Source of the DNA: a virus
Length of the DNA: 64,000 bases
Virus record (IMG/VR): IMGVR_UViG_3300024255_000004
Strand: one strand, 5' to 3'
Part shown: positions 30,508-38,927 of the stretch, piece by piece
Layout of the letters: the number at the start of each line of letters is the position of its first letter
How positions within the stretch are numbered: the first letter of the stretch is position 1
Made by a program: the position numbers and the translations under genes
Notes under the pieces: generated by a model
The model's database searches: none
The model's input: only the letters and a program-made list of their open reading frames with translations
What the model was told of the DNA's origin: nothing

Positions 30508-30643
30508 TTGTAGTATTTGCGATAAACAAGTGAAAGTAGAAGAAATAAAATATCACACTCCACTAGGGAAACCACCAGTTTATATATTCTGTGGGCCAGA
30601 GTGTAGTTTGAAATATCATGAGGAGAAAAGAAATGCCAATTAA
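30491..30643 (+). CDS. Small treble-clef/TRASH-like Zn-binding protein (50 aa)
   Basis: Read manually: CSIC...FCGPEC. Confidence 0.6.
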   Translation: MNQTRNCSICDKQVKVEEIKYHTPLGKPPVYIFCGPECSLKYHEEKRNAN

Positions 30644-30872
30644 ATTCGGTAAGACTAGTAAACAAGTCGACAGGGGAACAAAAAAAGTCACAGTTGTTCA
30701 TGAGTATATGAAGTGTCAATCTATAAAGACACTCATAGACAAATTCAACAACGAGGGAACCCAACCAAAACTTAAACGTAAAATCAGAGTAGAATTTGAT
30801 AGACGAAATAAGTTAGGTTTGGATAAAGTAATCTTCATTGAAAAGGAGGAACCAAATGGCATTTTGGGATAA
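30633..30872 (+). CDS. Hypothetical basic protein
   Basis: MPIKFGKT... with GAGGAG RBS. Confidence 0.65.
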   Translation: MPIKFGKTSKQVDRGTKKVTVVHEYMKCQSIKTLIDKFNNEGTQPKLKRKIRVEFDRRNKLGLDKVIFIEKEEPNGILG

Positions 30873-31014
30873 ATTTACAGACTGGTTAGGATTTGAATGG
30901 GTCAGAGCAAGAGACGAGAAAGGTCGTTATGTTGCAGATGACAAATCAACACCCGACATAGACGAGTCTAAAAAGAAAGTCTATAAATCACGAACAAAGA
31001 AAACAAAAGAATAA
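30856..31014 (+). CDS. Small hypothetical protein (52 aa)
   Basis: Read manually: MAFWDKF..RARDEKGRYVADDKSTPD; AGGAGG RBS. Confidence 0.65.
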   Translation: MAFWDKFTDWLGFEWVRARDEKGRYVADDKSTPDIDESKKKVYKSRTKKTKE

Positions 31015-31022
31015 TTGTTCAA

Positions 31023-31095
31023 GGGGCTGTAGCTCAGTTGGGAGAGCACCTGCTTTGCAAGCAGGGGGTCGTGGGTTCGATTCCCTCCAGCTCCA
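31023..31095 (+). tRNA. tRNA-Ala(UGC), 3' CCA not encoded
   Basis: Acceptor GGGGCTG/CAGCTCC with G3:U70, anticodon arm CCTGC-TTTGCAA-GCAGG, TTCGA loop. Confidence 0.93.
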
Positions 31096-31134
31096 CATTC
31101 GAGTCCTAAGACTCGAACTATACTAAATACTAAT

Positions 31135-31752
31135 ATGAAATACTATTATACCTATCGAGTTTTATTTAATAATGGTGACTATTACTTAGGCCAACACACT
31201 ACTGATAATTTAGACGATGGTTATACAGGTAGTGGAAAGAAACTCAATGAGAGAACAGACCCTTTCATATTTGATATACTAGAATACTACAATTCAGAAA
31301 AAGAATTAAACATTGCAGAGGCTGAGTTGATTGGTGATTTGTGGTGGACAGATGAGAAGTGTCTCAATATGAAAGAAGGTGGTGTTGGTGGTTGGACTGC
31401 AGTTAATAAGACTTTAGATAGGTCTTATATGTTGACTGAAGAGTATCGTCAGACAAGAAGAGATATTGCATTAAGATTACGAGAGGAAGGTATACTACGC
31501 ACATTCACAAAAGAAGACAGTATTAAAGGAAATCTTAGGTTGAAAAAACTATATCCACAAGGAACATTCCTAGGTAAGACACATACTGAAGAGACTAAGA
31601 AGAAGATTGGTCTGAATAGTGCAAAACACATGAAAGGTAAAGGCAATTCACAATATGGTAAAATGTGGATAACCAATGAACAGGAATCTACAAGAATCAA
31701 TAAGGGTGAATCTATACCCGAAGGTTGGAGAAAAGGACGAGTTATCATATAG
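31135..31752 (+). mobile_element. Free-standing GIY-YIG homing endonuclease (Seg-like) inside the tRNA cluster
   Basis: YTY..YYLGQH..YTGSG, E, LN..GG; NUMOD3-like GKTHTEETKKKI; MWITN..GWRKGR tail. Confidence 0.85.
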
Positions 31753-31841
31753 GTGGGGTGGCAGAGTGGTTGAATGCACTGGTCTTGAAAACCAGCAAGG
31801 GTGAAAGTCCTTCATGGGTTCAAATCCCATCCCCACCGCCA
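31752..31841 (+). tRNA. tRNA-Ser(UGA)
   Basis: GGTGGGG/CCCCACC, anticodon arm CTGGT-CTTGAAA-ACCAG, long variable arm, CCA encoded. Confidence 0.93.
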
Positions 31842-31906
31842 AATTCATAAAACCCTCTAGTCAGATAGGGTTATTTACTGTATAATATTCAGTTAGGAGG
31901 TATATT

Positions 31907-32509
31907 ATGAAAAATATACTATTAGGACTATTAGTCCTATCAACGTCTGCATTTGCAGATGTAAATGGAAGCATAGGTTATTCAAGTGACTATATGTGGA
32001 GAGGTGCAACTCAATCAGCAGGTGCATCATCATTAAACGCAGGTATCGAATTGGATTCTAACGGATTCTTTGTTGGTGCATGGGTTGGTGAAGTAGATTT
32101 CGGAGACGAAGCTACACAAGAGAGAGACCTATATCTAGGATATAATCTAGGTGTTATGGACAATTTAGATGTCCAATTAGGTGTCATTCAGTATCGTTAT
32201 GACAAAGGTGATTACGATACAGTAGAAGAGGGATTTGTAAAGGTTAGATATAACAATCTAAAAGTTGCATATTACTTGGATACGGATACTGAAAATGACT
32301 ATGCACACATATCATATGACTTGTGGTTCATAGATGCACTTGACGTATCTCTCGGATATGGATATCATGATGAAGATAATGATTTTTCAGCATTGTTATT
32401 GTCCAAAGATATCAATGACTTTACACTAGGTGCATTGATTATGTTAGACGAAGCATTTGAGAATCAAACAACTGATTCAATATCTTTTCATTTATCTTAT
32501 AATTTCTAA
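31907..32509 (+). CDS. Outer-membrane beta-barrel protein, TorF/Gcw_chp (TIGR02001)-like putative porin
   Basis: Signal peptide (AFA-D), SDYMWRGATQS, GFFVGAW, DLYLGY, C-terminal aromatic SYNF. Confidence 0.85.
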   Translation: MKNILLGLLVLSTSAFADVNGSIGYSSDYMWRGATQSAGASSLNAGIELDSNGFFVGAWVGEVDFGDEATQERDLYLGYNLGVMDNLDVQLGVIQYRYDKGDYDTVEEGFVKVRYNNLKVAYYLDTDTENDYAHISYDLWFIDALDVSLGYGYHDEDNDFSALLLSKDINDFTLGALIMLDEAFENQTTDSISFHLSYNF

Positions 32510-32517
32510 GATAGTTC

Positions 32518-33255
32518 ATGTTTGGGATACGTAATAAAAAGACCCGAGAGATTCTTGCGTTTTTTATGCATATCCCAAAGACTTCGGGGTCTCACATTAT
32601 TCAACAAATACAAGATTCAAGTGATGATTATGATATTATCAATATACGAATGATGTATGATGAGGATAATGGTGAACTCCGAAAGTCTATTGGTGGTCAT
32701 GCAGACCCACGTCATGAACACTTTCCAATAGAGAACCATGCACACCTTACACTAGACCAAGCATTTTGTCTCTATCCCAAATTAAAAGAATACATAAACA
32801 CCAATAATATAGACGTGTTTACTATTATCCGTGACCCTTATGAAAGATTTGTATCACAAGTCAGATTCATTCCGTCACTCATGATATCAGATTTCGATAG
32901 AAGAGGTGAGAATAAGAATCTCTTAGAACGATTGGATTCACATTGGTTTCATTTTTACTACACCAATCTGATATTTGAACCCCAGTGGAAATGGTGTTAT
33001 GAGAATTCCAATGACGAGAATCCATATACTAGAATCATTCGACTGGACGAAGTCAAAGACACTATATATGAAGTGACCAAAGGTTTTGACGTTGACTTCT
33101 CAAAAAACACATGGTCAAACGAAGAGGTAAACTCAGAGATAGGTGAGGTTCCTTTTAATATTCCCAAGTTCACACTGGACGAAGGGACTAAACATTTTGT
33201 GAAGTGGTTATATAAAGACGACTTCCGACTATTATTCGCTGGTATAGCTCAGTAG
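32518..33255 (+). CDS. Sulfotransferase-like protein (Sulfotransfer_2 type)
   Basis: FMHIPKTSGS (5'-PSB), IIRDPYERFVS (3'-PB), YKDDF; stop codon lies inside tRNA-Thr. Confidence 0.75.
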   Translation: MFGIRNKKTREILAFFMHIPKTSGSHIIQQIQDSSDDYDIINIRMMYDEDNGELRKSIGGHADPRHEHFPIENHAHLTLDQAFCLYPKLKEYINTNNIDVFTIIRDPYERFVSQVRFIPSLMISDFDRRGENKNLLERLDSHWFHFYYTNLIFEPQWKWCYENSNDENPYTRIIRLDEVKDTIYEVTKGFDVDFSKNTWSNEEVNSEIGEVPFNIPKFTLDEGTKHFVKWLYKDDFRLLFAGIAQ

Positions 33256-33313
33256 GTAGAGCAACTGATTTGTAATCAGTAGGTCGTCAGTTCGAACCCG
33301 ACTACCAGCACCA
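33238..33313 (+). tRNA. tRNA-Thr(UGU)
   Basis: GCTGGTA/TACCAGC, anticodon arm ACTGA-TTTGTAA-TCAGT, CCA encoded; one mismatch in T stem. Confidence 0.92.
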
Positions 33314-33324
33314 TTTTAGAATTA

Positions 33325-33399
33325 GGTCTGTTAGTATATCGGTGAGTATGCCTCCCTGTCACGGAGGAGAGAGGGGTTCGATTCCCCTACAGACCGCCA
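33325..33399 (+). tRNA. tRNA-Asp(GUC)
   Basis: GGTCTGT/ACAGACC, CCTCC-CTGTCAC-GGAGG, TTCGA loop, GCCA end. Confidence 0.92.
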
Positions 33400-33411
33400 A
33401 TTTTGTATTTG

Positions 33412-33531
33412 TATAAATACAATTGTGTCACCCAATTGACACATAAACGAAACAATTAAGTCACAAAGACTAAGTAGGTAAAATACCGAAGTGCAGTTGA
33501 TGGAACGTTTCAACAACAACAGGAGATAACA
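33412..33531 (+). ncRNA. Candidate structured leader RNA / riboswitch-like element after a late promoter
   Basis: TATAAATA at 33412; stems AAACG/CGTTT, CAATT/AGTTG, GTC/GAC, and E-loop-like AAGTA-GGT-AAAAT-ACC-GAAG; precedes a short ORF. Confidence 0.45.
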
Positions 33532-33642
33532 ATGCAACATTACGCATCATTGTCTGCCAAGTTTCTAAAGAGCTTATCAGACAACTTTAATGTGATGATG
33601 AAGAGTGGACGACTTGATAAAGTTGTGAACATTATTCAATAA
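33532..33642 (+). CDS. Short peptide (36 aa) downstream of structured leader
   Basis: AGGAG RBS; MQHYASLSAKFLKSLSDNFNVMMKSGRLDKVVNIIQ. Confidence 0.6.
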   Translation: MQHYASLSAKFLKSLSDNFNVMMKSGRLDKVVNIIQ

Positions 33643-33647
33643 ATCAC

Positions 33648-33677
33648 TTGACAAAACCCATGTATTGGTAGTATAAT
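33648..33677 (+). promoter_or_regulatory. Class I promoter
   Basis: TTGACA-N18-TATAAT. Confidence 0.7.
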
Positions 33678-33683
33678 AAATAC

Positions 33684-34016
33684 ATGGGTTTTTTAAATTT
33701 AAGTAGTTCTATTCGTTATTCACCACATGGGAAAAAACGTAAGACGAAAGCCTTTAAAAACACTAAATATAAACGATTGATTGCAGAACAACAAATTCAA
33801 TATGACCTAGTGATTCAATCAATCAAAGAAGAGGAACGTATACCTTCATACATAGGAACTTCAACAGGTGATATCACACCTAAAAGAGAACCTATGCAAT
33901 ATACAGGTGAACGTAAACTCTTAGGAATCGCAACCATGCATAAGTCGAATATGGTGCCTATCTTCGAAGAGGATAAACAACATGCAATCGACATTGCACG
34001 AATGCGAAGAAATTAA
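33684..34016 (+). CDS. Conserved hypothetical phage protein
   Basis: YTGERKLLGIATMHKSNMVPIF motif. Confidence 0.75.
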   Translation: MGFLNLSSSIRYSPHGKKRKTKAFKNTKYKRLIAEQQIQYDLVIQSIKEEERIPSYIGTSTGDITPKREPMQYTGERKLLGIATMHKSNMVPIFEEDKQHAIDIARMRRN

Positions 34017-34044
34017 ACATTATAATATATTAGGAGATTATATT

Positions 34045-34935
34045 ATGCCTATGGAAATGGTAGTTGTTAAAACAAAAGACAACGAATTAACAAGTGAACA
34101 ATTTAAAACATTCTTAACAGGTGTTAGCCGTCAAAGAATCATTGAACCCAATGAAGACGGAATACCTTTGTATAGACTCAACGTATATACAGACGACCCA
34201 ACAGGAATTCCCGACAGAGAAGACGTAAGAATTATACCCTTCTTTGCAAAAGAATCCGATAAGATAACCGACAGTGCATACAGAAAACTAGATATCTTCG
34301 ACAATGAGAGTTTATTTGGTGAAGGGACGAAGACTTGTCTTGTTGACCCACGTGTCCATATGTGTGACTTTGCGATGTCAGAACTTGCAAAAGGTATTCC
34401 CGACCAAGGGACAACCCATGAAACACACTTTACGTTTACTGCAGAAGAAGAACAAAGTGTCAAAGACAACAAGACACTCTTTATAACCCAAGGTGAAGAC
34501 TGGTGGTCACAAACTAAGACTTCTGTATATTCACCAGCACTTACCTGTTTTGTGCAAGGTGGTTGGAAGTTCCTCAAAGAAGAATTCCTTAAAGACCCAG
34601 TCGGTATCCAAACAGAATATCCTGGCGAGGACGGATTCCAACGTTGGTTAGAGACATTTATTGACAATACAAGAATCATGCCATTACCATTACCTAAAGG
34701 TGTATTGAGTGCATATACTACACATGACCACCCAAGGAATCTCATATTGAACGACCTATTTGAAACAGAAGTCAGACCTTCATGGACTGAATGGCGTGGA
34801 ATGGGTGGTGAAGAAGAAGGACGACTCTTTGATTTCGGTCATGAATACAGAACCCTCAGTAAACATGTATCCTTTCTCCTAGTTGAGGGAGACACACCAC
34901 ACGAGGACGAGTGGTTAGACCTATGGGTGATATAA
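34045..34935 (+). CDS. Hypothetical protein (possibly divergent glycosyltransferase-like)
   Basis: AGGAG RBS; LNVYTDDPTGI..KLDIF pattern. Confidence 0.6.
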   Translation: MPMEMVVVKTKDNELTSEQFKTFLTGVSRQRIIEPNEDGIPLYRLNVYTDDPTGIPDREDVRIIPFFAKESDKITDSAYRKLDIFDNESLFGEGTKTCLVDPRVHMCDFAMSELAKGIPDQGTTHETHFTFTAEEEQSVKDNKTLFITQGEDWWSQTKTSVYSPALTCFVQGGWKFLKEEFLKDPVGIQTEYPGEDGFQRWLETFIDNTRIMPLPLPKGVLSAYTTHDHPRNLILNDLFETEVRPSWTEWRGMGGEEEGRLFDFGHEYRTLSKHVSFLLVEGDTPHEDEWLDLWVI

Positions 34936-35534
34936 GTAAAGGTCACAACCAAAGACTCTTATATAATATACCCAACTTTCTCACACCACAAGACTCCGAC
35001 CATATAAAGGAGTATATTTACCATATAGAGAAAGACATACTGGAACTTCCCGAACAAGTAAATCCTTACTATTCGGGAACAACCAGTCGCCATGGGCAAT
35101 ACAACTTCTTTGAACAAGTCGAAGAGTCATTGAATATCCCATTAGGTGAATACGTCAGAGATTGCATATACGACTTCTTTCCCGAAGACACAGACGAGAT
35201 TTGGGTCAAGTCATGGTGCAACTGTTTACACACACGAGAGGAAATTCCTATACACTTCCATGGTTTCGATATGGACACCGACACCCATGACTTTATCAGT
35301 GGCAACATATTCCTCTCCAATAACAACCAACCCAACCCATGGTATACACATTACGAGACCTACGGGGATATAATCAACGAACAAGGAACACTCAGTATCA
35401 TTTCAAGCTATCAACCTCATGCAGTTCCCCCAAACCACCTAAACGAGAATAGATACTCATGTGCATTTGACGTGTATATGAATAACGAACCCGAAAACAT
35501 AGACACGGACATGTATACCCATTATGTCAAGTAA
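34923..35534 (+). CDS. 2OG-Fe(II) oxygenase-like protein
   Basis: WCN..HFH..ISGNIFL..HAVP..RYSCAFD. Confidence 0.7.
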   Translation: MGDISKGHNQRLLYNIPNFLTPQDSDHIKEYIYHIEKDILELPEQVNPYYSGTTSRHGQYNFFEQVEESLNIPLGEYVRDCIYDFFPEDTDEIWVKSWCNCLHTREEIPIHFHGFDMDTDTHDFISGNIFLSNNNQPNPWYTHYETYGDIINEQGTLSIISSYQPHAVPPNHLNENRYSCAFDVYMNNEPENIDTDMYTHYVK

Positions 35535-35757
35535 ATCACGTAGAATACACAAAGAAACTGCAACCACTGTCTTTACAGGACTTCTCATAAACTATCCATT
35601 GAATCTATTAGGGTTGTTCATATGCATAGACAAACTCGGTATGACTTCGAGTGTGCAGATAGGGACGACTATTACTGCGTGGATGACGATTATTGCATAT
35701 ACACGTGTCTATATCATTCGAAGACACTTCTACAATACACAAAACACTGTAAAATAG
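35524..35757 (+). CDS. Small two-TM membrane protein
   Basis: ETATTVFTGLLINY..RVYIIRRHF. Confidence 0.65.
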   Translation: MSSKSRRIHKETATTVFTGLLINYPLNLLGLFICIDKLGMTSSVQIGTTITAWMTIIAYTRVYIIRRHFYNTQNTVK

Positions 35758-35948
35758 GGACTTTCGAAGGGTTCCGAATATAATCAGAAGGGATTAGTGG
35801 GCGTTCTGAATATAATGTGTGTAGAAGTGTGTCAAAGTGTGTAATAATAATGGTGATTTTGTGTATGGTGAGAATCGGTAATAAACGGGGTTTAGTCGGT
35901 GTTGTTCGGAGACCTTAACCACATATTTAGTTGGGAGTCAAAGAGCCT

Positions 35949-36049
35949 GCGAACCCCTTTGCTGTAAGGGTTTCAGAGCACCCCTCTCAGCACACACCCA
36001 TATAACCCCCTCCCCGCAAACCCAAGCACAGCAAGGGTTTCAGAGCACC
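35949..36049. repeat. Two 34-bp imperfect direct repeats with internal dyad
   Basis: GCRAACCC-N9-AAGGGTTTCAGAGCACC at 35949 and 36016; 17-bp identical core. Confidence 0.8.
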
Positions 36050-36079
36050 TCAGAGAAACACTCTGCACGTCTCTGAGAC

Positions 36080-36109
36080 TTGACAATAGGTCTCACTTTT
36101 TGTTATACT
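36080..36109 (+). promoter_or_regulatory. Class I promoter
   Basis: TTGACA-N18-TATACT; near-identical to the 25373 copy. Confidence 0.8.
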
Positions 36110-36142
36110 ATGTCTATAATGGAGAAACACAAAGGAGACATT

Positions 36143-36238
36143 ATGAAGACATTAAAGAAACACGGACTATTAGACACGGACTTCCTTCAAGGGATTGCAG
36201 TGTTCATACTCCCTATAGTAATAAAGGTTATATCATAA
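36143..36238 (+). CDS. Small peptide (31 aa)
   Basis: AAGGAG RBS; MKTLKKHGLLDTDFLQGIAVFILPIVIKVIS. Confidence 0.55.
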   Translation: MKTLKKHGLLDTDFLQGIAVFILPIVIKVIS

Positions 36239-36417
36239 TGGCGATTAACAATGCAACCTACCCCCCTATAGAACCTGAATATAGACTGCAGAATGATACT
36301 AAGGTAGCTGCATGTAGATACTATGTTAACAGGTATGAGAAACATGTCCTTGAGTGGGAACATGACGAGTATACACAGGTAGAGATTAATAACATAATAA
36401 CGGAGGTAATCAACTAA
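36238..36417 (+). CDS. Small hypothetical protein
   Basis: MAINNATYPP...; TAATG coupling. Confidence 0.55.
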   Translation: MAINNATYPPIEPEYRLQNDTKVAACRYYVNRYEKHVLEWEHDEYTQVEINNIITEVIN

Positions 36418-36545
36418 TGAATTACTATAAGTTAATGATTGGTAGTATTGTGTATATCTATGATAATGAGAGAGAAGCTCGTAAAGCCTTTCATAGTGCA
36501 GTGTCAGTATATGGACATGGAAACGTAGAGGTTGCATATGTATAA
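36417..36545 (+). CDS. Small hypothetical protein (42 aa)
   Basis: GGAGG RBS; MNYYKLMIGS... Confidence 0.55.
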   Translation: MNYYKLMIGSIVYIYDNEREARKAFHSAVSVYGHGNVEVAYV

Positions 36546-36750
36546 TGGAATCAAAGGAATCCACCTAGCCACCAATACACCCATACAGATTGACTTGACA
36601 GAACAAGAAATGTCGTATGCAGTGGATAAGGTTGTGGATAACTGGGAACGTATGTGTCAGTCAGTAAAGAAACGAACAGGTATTACTATTATTGGTCAGA
36701 TTCAAATAGACTATATGGTAATCGGTGGTAAAGAACATGTTTTCCACTAG
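36538..36750 (+). CDS. Small hypothetical protein
   Basis: GAGG RBS; MYNGIKG... Confidence 0.55.
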   Translation: MYNGIKGIHLATNTPIQIDLTEQEMSYAVDKVVDNWERMCQSVKKRTGITIIGQIQIDYMVIGGKEHVFH

Positions 36751-36780
36751 ACAGAGAGCCTCTTATAGTGTATAATGAAT

Positions 36781-36925
36781 GTATAAGAACCAAACTACTA
36801 TACAGTCGGGGATTCTTATAAGTTCGACTAGGGAAGGACTTTCATTATGTAGACAGTGAAGTCCCTAGGGTTATCTACCGAGAAGGTCAGAGTGGCATGA
36901 GAGAGACCACTAACCTATTACAGGG
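36781..36925 (+). ncRNA. Candidate structured non-coding RNA with possible pseudoknot
   Basis: Follows TAGACA-N17-TATAAT; stems TATAAGAA/TTCTTATA, CTAGG/CCTAG, GGACTT/AAGTCC, loop GTAGA vs downstream TCTAC, GGTTA/TAACC. Confidence 0.45.
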
Positions 36926-36926
36926 C

Positions 36927-36956
36927 TTGACAATAGGTATCAGAAAATGATATACT
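36927..36956 (+). promoter_or_regulatory. Class I promoter
   Basis: TTGACA-N18-TATACT. Confidence 0.7.
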
Positions 36957-37265
36957 ATAATGGGAGAGTCTTGTCTGAATTCCTCCGAGGGCCTTAGAGA
37001 CGTTCTAAGACGTTCAGAGGGGTTCAGAGGTATATCGGATAGGGTCACCACGGAAAACCTCAGAGAACAGTGCTGTGGGACTCCTAGGTCAAATAGTTGT
37101 GGAGTCAACCCCCCCTCAAATAGTTAACGGAGATATTATTAAAACCATGATAAAATTTTTTCGGGGTATTTTTAAGACCCTCAGCCTTTTATACCTAATA
37201 TTTCTAATCACACTTTTATGGTTTTTAGTCTATGCACTTTCATGGACTTATGTTATAATATCACT

Positions 37266-37421
37266 ATGAGTAGAATAGAGGTTGCAATCAATTTAATTAA
37301 AGAACTCACTGAACTGGTGAGCAAACAACAAGACTCTATTGAGAAACTCCAAGAACAGATAAACCTATTAAGACGTATGGGAATAACTATACACCCACCT
37401 ACTAGATACTTTGATGAATAA
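37266..37421 (+). CDS. Small coiled-coil hypothetical protein
   Basis: MSRIEVAINLIKELTELV... Confidence 0.55.
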   Translation: MSRIEVAINLIKELTELVSKQQDSIEKLQEQINLLRRMGITIHPPTRYFDE

Positions 37422-38265
37422 GATAGAATATACCCCTATACATTGTGAAGATAATATACACTTTAAACGTGAGGACTTATATGCACCCTATGGTGAAGAC
37501 TTTATATCGGGTGGTAAAATCAGACAGTGTAGAGACCTTGTTGAACGGAACTTAGATTATATTCGGGAGTCATGTGGGTCTACCATTGCGACCGCAGCGA
37601 GTATTCATTCACCACAAAGTCCTATTGTTGCAAGGGTAGCGAAGGAGTTTGACTTGAACTGTATTATAGGGTTTGGGAATACCACTGTTGAGAAGTCTTT
37701 GAAACAGATACCCATGCAGTGGTGTCATGAGTTGGGTGCAGAACTCGTAGTCTTATCAGAGTCACAAGGGTTTAATAATGTGTTATATTCGAACCTGAAT
37801 AAATTACAACAGACACGACCTTTCTTTCCTATACTCTTTGGGTATGCAGCTCAGACCCACCGAGAGAGTATTGTTGAACGTATCTCTGAACAGGTGCAGA
37901 ACATACCCCCGAATATCCGTGTCTTGTATGTTCCAGTCGGGTCGGGTGTCACCTTAGCAGGTGTCTTAGAAGGTCGTAGGAAGTATGGTGGAGACTATGA
38001 GATAGTAGGACTCCAACCCTTTGGTTATGACCGAGTAGGGACAGTGACAGGGATTTGTGAGGGTATGCAATTTGAATACGACTATGAGTTTCGTAAAGGT
38101 GCTTATCCTTATGCAAAACTCCACCCTCGTAATGTGGGGTCTATCGAATTGGATATGATATACGAGTCTAAGGCGTTCGATATGGTGGATTGGAAAAAAG
38201 ATAATACGGAGTGTTATTGGATTATCGGTAATACAAATAAATTAAGGAAAGGTTATAATGGTTAA
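37414..38265 (+). CDS. PLP-dependent fold-type II enzyme (ACC deaminase / D-cysteine desulfhydrase-like)
   Basis: FKREDL..GGKIR (PLP Lys), SPQ, VPVGSGVT phosphate loop, LDMIYESKAF. Confidence 0.8.
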   Translation: MNKIEYTPIHCEDNIHFKREDLYAPYGEDFISGGKIRQCRDLVERNLDYIRESCGSTIATAASIHSPQSPIVARVAKEFDLNCIIGFGNTTVEKSLKQIPMQWCHELGAELVVLSESQGFNNVLYSNLNKLQQTRPFFPILFGYAAQTHRESIVERISEQVQNIPPNIRVLYVPVGSGVTLAGVLEGRRKYGGDYEIVGLQPFGYDRVGTVTGICEGMQFEYDYEFRKGAYPYAKLHPRNVGSIELDMIYESKAFDMVDWKKDNTECYWIIGNTNKLRKGYNG

Positions 38266-38554
38266 AGAAGTGTTTGATAAAAAAGAATTAGAGAATAGTA
38301 ATAGAATATTTAAATCTGCAACCCCTAAATATACATTAGATTGGTATGTGAAATGGGTTGCAAGTTTCTTTATATTAATCTCTATGAGTATGCGAGGTAT
38401 TGAGGGTTTACAATTTATAGACCTCTGTTTCTCGTTGATTGGTGTCACGGGTTGGTGTATAGTAGGTGTCCTATGGAAAGATAGAGCACTCATACTATTA
38501 AACGGGGTCGGTGTTGCACTGTTATTAAGAACTTTATTTGGAACAATCGTATGA
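38258..38554 (+). CDS. Small membrane protein
   Basis: DWYVKWVAS..GW..VGVLWKDRALILLN; three TM helices. Confidence 0.75.
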   Translation: MVKEVFDKKELENSNRIFKSATPKYTLDWYVKWVASFFILISMSMRGIEGLQFIDLCFSLIGVTGWCIVGVLWKDRALILLNGVGVALLLRTLFGTIV

Positions 38555-38739
38555 ACGAATTAATATTATTACCTTGGACAACTTTTAAATATATATTTTC
38601 ATTTCTTTTTTGGGGATTATTATTTTTTTCACTTCATTACCAGTGGAAGAAACACGATTGCACCGAATGGACACTGGGTAAACTCAAACAAAGGAACCAA
38701 ATTAAGAAAGAAGATAAACCCGAGGACTATATAGTATAA
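38551..38739 (+). CDS. Small membrane protein
   Basis: 62 aa, one TM. Confidence 0.55.
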   Translation: MNELILLPWTTFKYIFSFLFWGLLFFSLHYQWKKHDCTEWTLGKLKQRNQIKKEDKPEDYIV

Positions 38740-38927
38740 TGGAAACGGATTTATTACTCATACACTTGGTCTTTATTGGTGCATGTGTCTTTTTTTCTTA
38801 CCGCTCAGGATTTAAAGAAGGGAAAAGACGTTTATTCGAAGAACTCACCCACGAAATTATTGACCTACAAGAGGTTAACGCTGCAATCAAAGAGAAAATT
38901 GCACAAAAAAAGAAAACAGAATCTTAA
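38739..38927 (+). CDS. Small membrane protein
   Basis: 62 aa, N-terminal TM. Confidence 0.55.
   Translation: METDLLLIHLVFIGACVFFSYRSGFKEGKRRLFEELTHEIIDLQEVNAAIKEKIAQKKKTES

Noticed and set aside
31648-31848. Minus-strand ORFs over tRNA-Ser (and 33331-33540 over tRNA-Asp)
   Set aside because: Artefacts of reading tRNA genes in antisense
35949-36049. Possible mini CRISPR array
   Set aside because: Only two imperfect repeats, no leader and no cas operon; the Cas4-like exonuclease at 54263 is an ordinary T4-like phage gene
36100-36417. 105-aa ORF as given in the track
   Set aside because: Its TTG start lies within a promoter; better explained as two small ORFs starting at 36143 and 36238
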